Assembly (NCBI GenBank): GCA_043813605.1
Contig: JBDRKX010000057.1
Coordinates: forward strand, 886-64,885
Length of the DNA: 64,000 nt
Direction: 5' to 3'
Origin: Elusimicrobiota bacterium
Lineage (GTDB): Bacteria > CG03 > SLGR01 > JBDRKX01
The notes below the pieces were generated by a model. That model made no database searches. It saw only the letters and a program-made list of their open reading frames with translations, and was not told where the DNA came from. How positions within the stretch are numbered: the stretch's first letter is position 1; each line of letters starts with the position of its first letter. Below, piece by piece: positions 46,671 to 55,565 of the stretch. The position numbers were made by a program, and so were the translations under genes.

Positions 46671-48236
46671 CTATTTTGCGCCGTATTTTTTCAGGAGTTC
46701 CAGTATCCCGCTGTTACCTTTTATCTGCGCTTCCTTTAAAGCTGTCATGCCGTTTTTCATTACGATATTCGGATCTGCACTGTTTTGAAGCAGAAACCGG
46801 ACTGCGTCAATAGCATTTCTTGACACCGCGCCTATAAGTGCCGTCCTGCCGTTGTATTTCGTGTCATTGACATCTGCCCCCTTTTCAAGCAGGAACCTTA
46901 ATACTGATACCGAATTATTGTATGCAGCTGACATAAAAGCAGTCGCCCCCGCTTCTCCCCGGGCATTGATATCTGCTCCGGCCCGGTAAAACATCTTACA
47001 TGCCTTTAAATTATTACAATAAGCTGCCACCATAAACGCTGTCTTGCCGTCTTCTCTCTTTAGGTTGATGTCTATTATACCCTTTCGAAGCAATAGCCTG
47101 GTAATTTCCGGCTGGTTAAGCCTTGTAGCCGCCTTAAAAAGAGCACTTTCGCCAGTCCCATCAACCGCATTGATATCAGCGCCATATTTCAATAGTAATT
47201 TTATCATACTATAGGATGCATTATGTCTAATCCCGTTCAGAAGCGCATTGCTTCCTTCTAAAGTCTTCCTGTTCACTTCTGCGCCGTTTTCTAACAGTAT
47301 TTTTGCCGATTCAAAATGATCCAGATTTGCAGCCAGTGTCAATGCATTACTGTTCATATTATCTTCTCTGTCTATCTCGGCTCCGTACTCTATTAATATT
47401 TCAATCATACCCGGCAAGTTTTTATATACCGCGGCTATAAGTAATGACGGATATTCCTCCATTTTGGCATCGATATCCGCACCGGCATCCAACAGCAGGC
47501 GTGCTACTTTTTCCGAGTTTGAAAACACTGCAACCCCGAGTACATTATGCTTATTTCTGAAGCTATAATTTATATCAGCTCCATACTTTATCAGCATACG
47601 GGCGCATCTGATCTGACCTAGCCTTGCGGCATGTATCAGCGGTGTTCCTACCGCCTTATCAACTGCATCCACATAAGCACCTGCTTCCAGAATAAGCCCC
47701 AGCGTGTCCGCTGCATTGGATTTACTGGCAAAATGAGCAGCAGTGAGACCGTTATTGTTTGCAGCATTTACATCTGCGCCCAGTTGAATCAATACTTCTG
47801 CGGATTCCCTTGCATCAAACATAGCGGCGGCCATAAGAGGCCTGTTGCCATTTACGTTACTGTTTTCAACACTTGCTCCTCTTCCGATAAGCAGTTTCAG
47901 TACTTTTGGCGAATTTGACCAGGCTGAAAATAGCAGAAGGTTGCTTTTTGCATGGGTCCTTACTGTCATATCTGCGCCCTTTTCAATGAGCAGTTCTGCC
48001 GTTTTTTCTGAATCGTGCCTGCACGCGAACATCAGCGGAGTTGTCTTTAATCCTATTTCCGTGTTAATATCCCAACCGGTATCAATGACTTTTTTAAGCC
48101 GCCGCGCATTATCCAGTTTTATAATTGCCCTGATATACAAACCGCTTGAACATCCGCCGGTCAACATTAACATACCGCATAAAAGCAGATTGATCATAAT
48201 CCGGACAGATTTCACTGTTCTTGTGTTATTCTGCAT
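46671..48236 (-). CDS. Ankyrin-repeat lipoprotein (about 14 ANK repeats)
   Basis: Lipobox LLCGMLMLTGGCSS. Continuous 33-aa ANK repeats (TPLM.A......E....LI..GAD.N). Confidence 0.75.
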   Translation of the reverse strand: MQNNTRTVKSVRIMINLLLCGMLMLTGGCSSGLYIRAIIKLDNARRLKKVIDTGWDINTEIGLKTTPLMFACRHDSEKTAELLIEKGADMTVRTHAKSNLLLFSAWSNSPKVLKLLIGRGASVENSNVNGNRPLMAAAMFDARESAEVLIQLGADVNAANNNGLTAAHFASKSNAADTLGLILEAGAYVDAVDKAVGTPLIHAARLGQIRCARMLIKYGADINYSFRNKHNVLGVAVFSNSEKVARLLLDAGADIDAKMEEYPSLLIAAVYKNLPGMIEILIEYGAEIDREDNMNSNALTLAANLDHFESAKILLENGAEVNRKTLEGSNALLNGIRHNASYSMIKLLLKYGADINAVDGTGESALFKAATRLNQPEITRLLLRKGIIDINLKREDGKTAFMVAAYCNNLKACKMFYRAGADINARGEAGATAFMSAAYNNSVSVLRFLLEKGADVNDTKYNGRTALIGAVSRNAIDAVRFLLQNSADPNIVMKNGMTALKEAQIKGNSGILELLKKYGAK

Positions 48237-48534
48237 TATAAAAAAATAATCCCTTTATTAATTCGATCTCACATAATTTCAAAAAAACACCCGCGTTCTT
48301 GTTCTGAATTATAATTTTTATTTGAGTATATGGCAATTTTAACGGGTAGTCAATACTTCCCATGAAAGCAGGCTCAGCCGACACATTTGCTCTAAAGCGA
48401 TATCGCTCCGCAATTCCATTTTATCACGCCTCACCATTAGCTATCCCAATTTTCTCGATTATTTTAATTTGCTTAATAAAAAAAAAGATTATATTATATA
48501 TTCGGGCCTTATAAAAAGTTACCGATTTATAAAA
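48237..48534. promoter_or_regulatory. AT-rich divergent intergenic region (putative promoters for 46671-48236 and 48535-49977)
   Basis: About 300 bp of non-coding sequence between divergently oriented genes, AT-rich with A/T tracts. No promoter motif confidently assigned. Confidence 0.3.
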
Positions 48535-49977
48535 ATGACAGATATATCTATTATCAACATAACTATGGCGAAATATTTCGGCGGGCGGGTCGTTTATGAA
48601 CGGACCTCGGCCGGAGCTGTTTCTCTTATCGGGGCACTTGAACATGCAGGCTATAATGTTAACTTCCACGAACATTTCATAGACCACAGAAACACTTTAG
48701 CCGAAGAAGCTGAAAAACTTATTCCCTTTATCGATATTTCTTCCGGGATTATCGGAATGGGATGCCATTCTGTACATCTTCCTTTCGTGGTTATGGCATC
48801 AAAAGAACTGAAGGCACGCTTCCCCGATAAAAAAATAATCCTCGGCGGCATAGGCCCTTCCAGTGTCGCAGATAAACTGCTTGATAAATTCGATTTTATT
48901 GATGCCATTGTAGTCGGGGAAGCGGAAGAAACCATCATTGAAGTAATGCGCAGTATCGGGTCCACTCTCGCGGGCATTAAAGGTGTCGTCTACAGGGATG
49001 TTTCAGGAGTGCATATCAATGCGAATAGACCTCCCATCGAAGATCTTGATACTATCCCATTGCCGGCTTACCATATTGTAAATTTCGAAGAGTATGAAAT
49101 ACCTACTATAATAACTTCGCGGGGATGCCCTCACAGATGCCCTTTCTGCAGTCTTAGTCTTTTCTGGGGCAAAAGAACCAGGTACCGATCCACGGAAAGC
49201 AGCATCAGAGAACTGAAACTGCTTAAAGAAAAATACGGAGTGAAATATGTGTTTTTTGCGGATCCGACATTCAATGCAGACAAACAAAGAGTGATCGACC
49301 TTTGTGCCGCCATGAGAACTGAAAACCTTGATCTCAAATGGGAATGTCTTGTCAGATCAGACCTCATGGACGACGATATTATGAGAGAAATGAGCCTAAG
49401 CGGTTGCGATGCTGTTTTTTTCGGCTTGGAAACAGGCAGTGAGCACGTATACAAAAAAATAAAACGGGGCGCTACTACAGTTGCGGATTCGATTGAAGTC
49501 ATTCGGAGATCATCGGAATTCTTTAAGACTACGGAGGTCGGACTTATGTGGGGTTTCCCCTTTGAAACACTTGATGATTTCAAAAAAACTCTCGCAGTCA
49601 GGAATAAACTGGAAACAGAACTATGCACACAGGTGCAGTTGAGGTGGCTCGAGCCTTATCCGTGTACGGATCTGTTCAAGGAATACAGTAACGAGCTCTT
49701 CCTGCCCAAAGATGTGAGCCTTGTATATAAAAAAGATGATGTTACACAGGAAGTGGCAAAAGGGAAAGAATTTTATGCTGGAGACAAGAACATCTCTAAT
49801 ATCAGTATCGTTTCGGATGTAACAAATGTTCGGCTTGTTATTGCCGCATCCCATACAGCTTCCTTCTGCCGCGATATCATAGAAGAGAATCCGTCTATTT
49901 TTCCCGACTATTACAGGTACAGAACCCCTGACCTGGATAAAAAACTTGAACTTGCCAGAAAATACAGCATATATTAG
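48535..49977 (+). CDS. B12-binding domain radical SAM protein (subfamily A, paralog 4)
   Basis: MTDISIINITMA, GMGCHSVHLPFVV, LGGIGPS, VGEAEE, ITSRGCPHRCPFCS, RWLEPYP. C-terminal DYYRYRTPDLDKKLELA. Start trimmed to MTDIS. Confidence 0.8.
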   Translation: MTDISIINITMAKYFGGRVVYERTSAGAVSLIGALEHAGYNVNFHEHFIDHRNTLAEEAEKLIPFIDISSGIIGMGCHSVHLPFVVMASKELKARFPDKKIILGGIGPSSVADKLLDKFDFIDAIVVGEAEETIIEVMRSIGSTLAGIKGVVYRDVSGVHINANRPPIEDLDTIPLPAYHIVNFEEYEIPTIITSRGCPHRCPFCSLSLFWGKRTRYRSTESSIRELKLLKEKYGVKYVFFADPTFNADKQRVIDLCAAMRTENLDLKWECLVRSDLMDDDIMREMSLSGCDAVFFGLETGSEHVYKKIKRGATTVADSIEVIRRSSEFFKTTEVGLMWGFPFETLDDFKKTLAVRNKLETELCTQVQLRWLEPYPCTDLFKEYSNELFLPKDVSLVYKKDDVTQEVAKGKEFYAGDKNISNISIVSDVTNVRLVIAASHTASFCRDIIEENPSIFPDYYRYRTPDLDKKLELARKYSIY

Positions 49978-50013
49978 ACTTCCGGAGTCCGCTAAAGAGC
50001 ACACTCAGACAAC

Positions 50014-50157
50014 ATGAAGATAACTGCGCCCTGTGACAATATTGATGAGGTAAAACTGTTCGTTGAGGCAGGAGCTGATTACAAAAATATCTGGAAAAAT
50101 ATTTATGCTGACACATACGGCTGGACTTGCGGTAAAAAAGAATGCTTTCATATTTAA
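50014..50157 (+). other. Small Cys-containing ORF (47 aa); possible gene remnant
   Basis: MKITAPCDNIDEVKLFVEAGADYKNIWKNIYADTYGWTCGKKECFHI. It lies below the 60-aa cutoff of the ORF track and just downstream of the subfamily-A rSAM. Its N-terminus resembles the start of a larger enzyme, so it may be a truncated fragment. Confidence 0.2.
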
Positions 50158-50249
50158 ATAATGGAAGACAGCACACATGAACATTAAGTCTAAAGAAAAA
50201 GCTGTCTACCGTATTATAGATAATAGTGTCATCGCAGAGGTCAATACAG

Positions 50250-51956
50250 ATGATTAAAAATAAAAACCTCCTGACGATTCTCCTGTTTATATTCTTTATT
50301 GTTTCCTATTTCACAATAAACATCCATCGCATTTCCGAGAACCGGGTACTAGTAGGGGATGATGTTCCCAACCACCTGGTATTTTCGATTGAAGTATATT
50401 ATAAAATCAATGATATTTTAAGTTCACAGGACAGTGGATTTGCCTCTAAATTAATCTCGTTAGTCCGGTTGATTTCTGAACCCGTTGATCAGGCAGCGCC
50501 CACATATTCAAACTTTGTCTACATCACCACATACCCTGTATACCGCATATTCGGCAAAAATCTTTTTTCCGCACGACTGAGCAATTTTCTCTATCTTTTG
50601 ATACTCATATTTGCCGTATACCATATAGGAAAAGAACTGATATCGGGTCCCGGAGGCCTGCTTTCGGTATTTATTACACTGATGTTCCCGTATATTTTCG
50701 AGCCCTTGCGTCAATATGGTTTAGACCTACCAATGACGGCTCTTTCTTCTCTAGGTATATTGTTTTTAATAAAATCCGACGGCCTCAGGGACATCCGGTA
50801 TTGTACGGCATTCGGCCTGTCAGCCGGGATAGGCATGCTCATTAAGCCGCAATGCGCCGTTATCATTGGTATTCCTCTTCTTGTTGTTGCAGTAAAAACA
50901 GTTTTTTTCAGACACTCAGAAAAAAAGAAATCATGGATCAATATCATAATAAATTCTTCTGTCATAATCCTGATCACTGCAATGCTGTTCCAATTATGGC
51001 CCGGTAAAAGCATGATTCCACTTCTCTTTGGAAGCTTCAATAACAGCAATTTCCCTTACAGTTTTTATTTCCTTAAAAGTATTTTTGGAGTTCTACTGGG
51101 CCCTGTGCCGGCGGTGATCCTGATTATCTCAGTGTTTTACTGGATAAAAACAAAAAATGAGCACAGATTCCTTGCTGCTGCATGGATCATCGCTCCTATC
51201 TTCGGTTTTTACATATTATTCCTGACCCATTTCTACAAAGAACGCTTTTTGATGCCGATACTGCCTATCGCAGCAATACTTATCTCATGGACAGTCTTAA
51301 ACATAAGGCTGACAAAAATACGCGCTGGTGCCCTGATAGTATCAGTTGTCTTTTTTTACACTCAGTTCCTGTTTCTTTCCTATTCCCGGCCGAAAATAGC
51401 AGACATGGATCATACTCTTTCATACCTTGAAAACATGAAACATCATCCGGTGGGGATATTCAATCATTCTCCTTTCGGATATATGAACTATAAAAACGAT
51501 CCATTCAATGCAAAAGGTTTGGTTTCAGTTATTACAGACAATAGTACAACTGATAAAGAAATATCAATCATAACCGTGATCTGTTCCGCATTTGCACCGA
51601 CAGCTTTCGAGCTCCGGTATTGGACGAAGATTGCCGGAAGACAATTCGACCTGCAGGACATAGCCGTTAATTTTGGAAATGCACACAAAAAAATAGATAC
51701 TGCTGATTTTATTGTTTTTGGAATTCCACCAAGCCTCAATTTCAAAGGATGGCCGGATGAAGAACACCTCACATATAATATGCACACCTCCAGCGATTAC
51801 TTTACTCTCAGAAGACTGCAAAAACATTTTTCTGAAGAATATACCCGTTTCACACAGAAATTCAGCAGTTATCAAATGCTCTTCGAACATATGGAAACGG
51901 TGGGAAGTCCAAGGATGTTCAAGTGGTACATATACAAAAGAATCCGCAGTTCCTGA
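50250..51956 (+). CDS. GT-C-fold membrane glycosyltransferase (ArnT/PMT-like, family 39/83-like)
   Basis: At least 11 predicted TM helices. First-loop acidic motif VGDDVPNH. Periplasmic C-terminal domain. Confidence 0.55.
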   Translation: MIKNKNLLTILLFIFFIVSYFTINIHRISENRVLVGDDVPNHLVFSIEVYYKINDILSSQDSGFASKLISLVRLISEPVDQAAPTYSNFVYITTYPVYRIFGKNLFSARLSNFLYLLILIFAVYHIGKELISGPGGLLSVFITLMFPYIFEPLRQYGLDLPMTALSSLGILFLIKSDGLRDIRYCTAFGLSAGIGMLIKPQCAVIIGIPLLVVAVKTVFFRHSEKKKSWINIIINSSVIILITAMLFQLWPGKSMIPLLFGSFNNSNFPYSFYFLKSIFGVLLGPVPAVILIISVFYWIKTKNEHRFLAAAWIIAPIFGFYILFLTHFYKERFLMPILPIAAILISWTVLNIRLTKIRAGALIVSVVFFYTQFLFLSYSRPKIADMDHTLSYLENMKHHPVGIFNHSPFGYMNYKNDPFNAKGLVSVITDNSTTDKEISIITVICSAFAPTAFELRYWTKIAGRQFDLQDIAVNFGNAHKKIDTADFIVFGIPPSLNFKGWPDEEHLTYNMHTSSDYFTLRRLQKHFSEEYTRFTQKFSSYQMLFEHMETVGSPRMFKWYIYKRIRSS

Positions 51957-52116
51957 TTTCCGCAACTCGCGATGCGCATCTTTTCTTCTAGCATATTGTC
52001 CCATAATCCGGGAAAATATATTATTTCTTAGATTTTTTTGTATAATAATAAACGACAAGAATTATAACAAGAAAAAAATAATTCCGGCAGACTGTCACCA
52101 GAAAGGAACAGGAACG

Positions 52117-52986
52117 CTGAAAAAACATTTAATCATTGGAGCAAACGGGCAATTAGGATGCGATCTGACCAGGGTTCTGAGCGATAAAGACACGTCAACT
52201 CTGACCCATGATGATATCGAAATAGGCGATTATCAAACGGTCAAAGAAGTCTTAGGATCCATTAAGCCTGAAATAATAATAAACACAGCTGCTTATCATA
52301 ACGTTGAAGAATGTGAGAAAAACGAACTTGAAGCATTCAGGATCAATTCGATAGGCGCTAAAAACCTTGCTGTTGCTGCAGAAAGTATCGGCGCTACACT
52401 CATACATATAAGCACTGACTATGTTTTTGACGGCAAAAAAAACAGTCCCTACATAGAACATGACACCCCGAATCCGCTGAATACATACGGCCTGTCTAAA
52501 TTAGCAGGGGAATGCTACATCAGGAATAATACCGGTAAATATTTTATAATAAGGACAACAGGCCTATACGGGATGCATCAGTGCCGGGCAAAAAGCGGGA
52601 ATTTCATTGATACAATGCTCAGGCTGGCCCGGGAAAAAAAAGAGATAAAAGTCGTAAACGACCAGATATTGTCACCCACCTACACTCTTGACCTCGCACA
52701 TAAGATAGCGGAACTGGCGGATACTGATAAGTACGGCCTGTATCATATTGTAAATTCGGGTTTTTGTTCATGGTATGATTTTGCAAAAAAAATATTCGAA
52801 TATTCTGATATTAAAGCTGACCTGCAGCCCGTGAGATCCGATGAATTCCCATCATCGGTAAAAAGACCTTCATATTCTGTTCTGGACAGCATTAATTTTG
52901 AGCTTGCCGGAATAGGAAAACCGCGGAAATGGACTGAAGCGCTGATGGCATATATCGAAAAAAGGAGACAAAAAAATGATCAATGA
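52117..52986 (+). CDS. rmlD: dTDP-4-dehydrorhamnose reductase-like (RmlD-family SDR); start codon uncertain (possible CTG)
   Basis: HLIIGANGQLGCDL...INTAAYHNVEECEKNELEAFRINSIGAKNLAVAAESIGATLIHISTDYVFDG...YGLSKLAGE is the RmlD signature including the YxxxK catalytic motif. There is no in-frame ATG/GTG/TTG between the upstream stop and the Rossmann motif. CTG at 52117 is preceded by AAAGGAACAGGAAC. Confidence 0.7.
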   Translation: MKKHLIIGANGQLGCDLTRVLSDKDTSTLTHDDIEIGDYQTVKEVLGSIKPEIIINTAAYHNVEECEKNELEAFRINSIGAKNLAVAAESIGATLIHISTDYVFDGKKNSPYIEHDTPNPLNTYGLSKLAGECYIRNNTGKYFIIRTTGLYGMHQCRAKSGNFIDTMLRLAREKKEIKVVNDQILSPTYTLDLAHKIAELADTDKYGLYHIVNSGFCSWYDFAKKIFEYSDIKADLQPVRSDEFPSSVKRPSYSVLDSINFELAGIGKPRKWTEALMAYIEKRRQKNDQ

Positions 52987-53425
52987 CGTAAAACTGGTAC
53001 CCCTTGAGATATACATGGACGACAGGGGTTATCTGATTGAGATAATAAGGTCTGTGGACCCGCATTTCAACAAGTTCGGACAAGTGTATCTTGTAGGAGA
53101 TATGACGCGGGGCACAGTAAGGGCATTCCACAAGCACGATGTCCTGTGGGATTTCTTTTTTATATCACACGGATCAGCGAAATTCGGCCTTTATGACGAC
53201 AGGCCGGACAGCTCTACATATAAAGAAAGGGCCGTACTTGTTTCAGGAGAAAGAAAACCTTCTGTCCTTGTTGTCCCCCCCGGTGTATTTCACGGATGGA
53301 TGGCGCTGGAAGACGATACGCAGATGATCAGCATAGCAAGCGAAGTTTATAACAGGTCGAACCCTGACGAAGTCAGAGTGCCTCCGGATTCTTTCGGCTT
53401 TCAGTGGGAAATAGAAGGCCGATGA
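52976..53425 (+). CDS. RmlC-like cupin (dTDP-sugar 3,5-epimerase / keto-isomerase family)
   Basis: LEIYMDDRGYLIEI...FHKHDVLWDFFFISHGSAKFGLYD has cupin His residues typical of RmlC/FdtA-like sugar isomerases. 11-nt overlap with the upstream gene. Confidence 0.6.
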   Translation: MINDVKLVPLEIYMDDRGYLIEIIRSVDPHFNKFGQVYLVGDMTRGTVRAFHKHDVLWDFFFISHGSAKFGLYDDRPDSSTYKERAVLVSGERKPSVLVVPPGVFHGWMALEDDTQMISIASEVYNRSNPDEVRVPPDSFGFQWEIEGR

Positions 53426-54411
53426 TCTTAGTAACAGGAGGGGCAGGATACATAGGCAGTGTCCTTGTAAGAAGACTGCTTGACCGCGGATACCGGGTTA
53501 AAGTATACGATACTTTCTTTTTCGGGGAGGAACCTCTCGAAGAAGTCAGGGAGAATATCCTGATTGAAAGAGGAGATATCAGGGATTTCAATGAAAAAGT
53601 ACTCGAAAATATCGATGCTGTTATCCACCTGGCAGCACTTTCTAATGATCCTACTGCCGAATATAATCCTGGAACAAACATGGAGATCAATGCCGAAGGA
53701 ACCAGGTCACTGGCGCGCCTATGCAAAAAATGCGGGATAAAAAAGTTTATTTACGCTTCTTCCTGTTCTGTCTACTATACCGAGGAAGTCTGTGATGACC
53801 TGAAAGACGAAAATTCCCCCGTCTCTCCGGCTGCGCCCTATTCCCTCTCTAAGTTAAAAGGTGAAGAGGCTCTTCTGGAATTAGCAGACGCTGACTTTGC
53901 TCCCGTCTTATTAAGGCAGGGTACCGTCTACGGAATGAGTCCGAGAATGAGATACGACCTTGTGGTAAATACTATGGTAAAGGACATATTCACCACAGGA
54001 ACGATAAAAGTATTTGCCCGGGGTGAAATGTGGAGGCCGATTATAAGCGTTAATAATATAGTTGATTTTTACATATACTGCCTGGAGACCGATACGGATA
54101 TCGGCGGCGAGATTATCAACCTGGTCCATAAGAACTATCGGATAATCGATCTTGCCGGACAGGTAAAGGAAGTCCTGAAAGATATCAAAGACATCCGGAT
54201 CGATGTGCAGGAATTCATACCAAGCAAATTTAGAAGCTACAGAGTCTCAAACAAGAAAAGCAGGGATTTACTCGGATTTACCGCCGAAGAAACCCCTGAG
54301 GATACTGCAATGGAGATATATAAATCCTTAGAAAAAAACGGATTATCGGAAGTAAATAATCCTGTATACTATAATATTCAGTGGATGGAAGAAAAAGGGT
54401 ACCTTAAATAA
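53422..54411 (+). CDS. NAD-dependent sugar epimerase/dehydratase (extended SDR)
   Basis: MILVTGGAGYIGSVLVRRLL Rossmann motif. YSLSKLKGE YxxxK. The ATG overlaps the upstream TGA (ATGA). Confidence 0.8.
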   Translation: MILVTGGAGYIGSVLVRRLLDRGYRVKVYDTFFFGEEPLEEVRENILIERGDIRDFNEKVLENIDAVIHLAALSNDPTAEYNPGTNMEINAEGTRSLARLCKKCGIKKFIYASSCSVYYTEEVCDDLKDENSPVSPAAPYSLSKLKGEEALLELADADFAPVLLRQGTVYGMSPRMRYDLVVNTMVKDIFTTGTIKVFARGEMWRPIISVNNIVDFYIYCLETDTDIGGEIINLVHKNYRIIDLAGQVKEVLKDIKDIRIDVQEFIPSKFRSYRVSNKKSRDLLGFTAEETPEDTAMEIYKSLEKNGLSEVNNPVYYNIQWMEEKGYLK

Positions 54412-54440
54412 CCGTACAAGTTATACTGCTTTACTGTAAT

Positions 54441-55565
54441 TCAGTTAAATCTCTTTAATATCCTCTCTTTATTGGGAAAAAAAGCTTTTTCCAGCATAAC
54501 ACCATTTGTGCAAGAAAGCCAGCAGTGGCATTTTTTACTATTAAAATATTCACGTATTTTCTCTGCTTTATCCCCGGACCACACAGCGTCAAAACCCGAT
54601 ACCCTTACATTGCCGGCAAGCATCTCTTTATGTACCGGGCAGAAATAAAGATTGCCTTCAGGATCCATCATGGCGAATCTTTCGCCGCAGGGACAGTCAG
54701 GAAAAAACCGGGCCGGATCTTTTAAGTATTTTAACAGATAGTGAAAATCCAGGAGATAGAACAGCAGGCTCAGGTCATTGAACAGCTGCGCAGGGCTGAA
54801 AACAGCCCAATCCATGCGGTTGTATATATCTTCTATGATGCAGTCTATCGAATGTTCAACAGCAGTTATATTCTCCGGAGTCCACTCAAACCTCTGCGTA
54901 TCCTTTTTCTGCACCATCAACTGGAACGATACTCTGAATCCCATTTTTCCCGCCCACTCATATACAGGGAATATCTGATCTGAGTTTTCCGGGATCAGCG
55001 TGAAATTAAAGCAAGGGAACATGCCGGGATACTTCTTTCTTAACAACAGCGCCGATTCCACAAGGGCGTCAAATGCCCCATTCACACCCCTTATCCTGTC
55101 ATGCACACCTTTTATCCCGTCTAAAGACGTTCCCAGCGATATATTGTCCAACCCGGAAGTCTTTTCTATTTCTTTTATTCCGGATAGAACTTTATCTGTA
55201 TTGAGAAGGTTGGAGAGTATCAATATACCGGGTCGCGGATATCTTTTGCGAAAAAAGGACACTATGGCAGGAAATTCGCTGTGAAGCCATGGCTCACCGC
55301 CCGAGAGTATTATGTACCTGATATCATCCAGCATTTCCGAGTTTTCAACGATCTTTTTGATTTTAGCCAAACTCAGATCCTTGTTTTTCTGTCTCTTCTT
55401 CCTGTACTTGAGATCGCACATTATACAGTCGGAATCGCACCTGTATGTAAGTTCAAAATGAAGTTCCGAAGGCGGATTAGCGCCAACGGAGACCCCGATA
55501 ACATTTTCTTCCATATAATTCCCGAGTTCCTTGAGAAATTTCTTTACTTCAACTGCAATGCTCAT
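54441..55565 (-). CDS. Radical SAM protein with C-terminal twitch/SPASM-like Cys cluster
   Basis: LTYRCDSDCIMCDL CxxxCxxC; ILSGGEPWLHSEF; C-terminal FCPVHKE...CHCWLSCTNG. Confidence 0.7.
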   Translation of the reverse strand: MSIAVEVKKFLKELGNYMEENVIGVSVGANPPSELHFELTYRCDSDCIMCDLKYRKKRQKNKDLSLAKIKKIVENSEMLDDIRYIILSGGEPWLHSEFPAIVSFFRKRYPRPGILILSNLLNTDKVLSGIKEIEKTSGLDNISLGTSLDGIKGVHDRIRGVNGAFDALVESALLLRKKYPGMFPCFNFTLIPENSDQIFPVYEWAGKMGFRVSFQLMVQKKDTQRFEWTPENITAVEHSIDCIIEDIYNRMDWAVFSPAQLFNDLSLLFYLLDFHYLLKYLKDPARFFPDCPCGERFAMMDPEGNLYFCPVHKEMLAGNVRVSGFDAVWSGDKAEKIREYFNSKKCHCWLSCTNGVMLEKAFFPNKERILKRFN

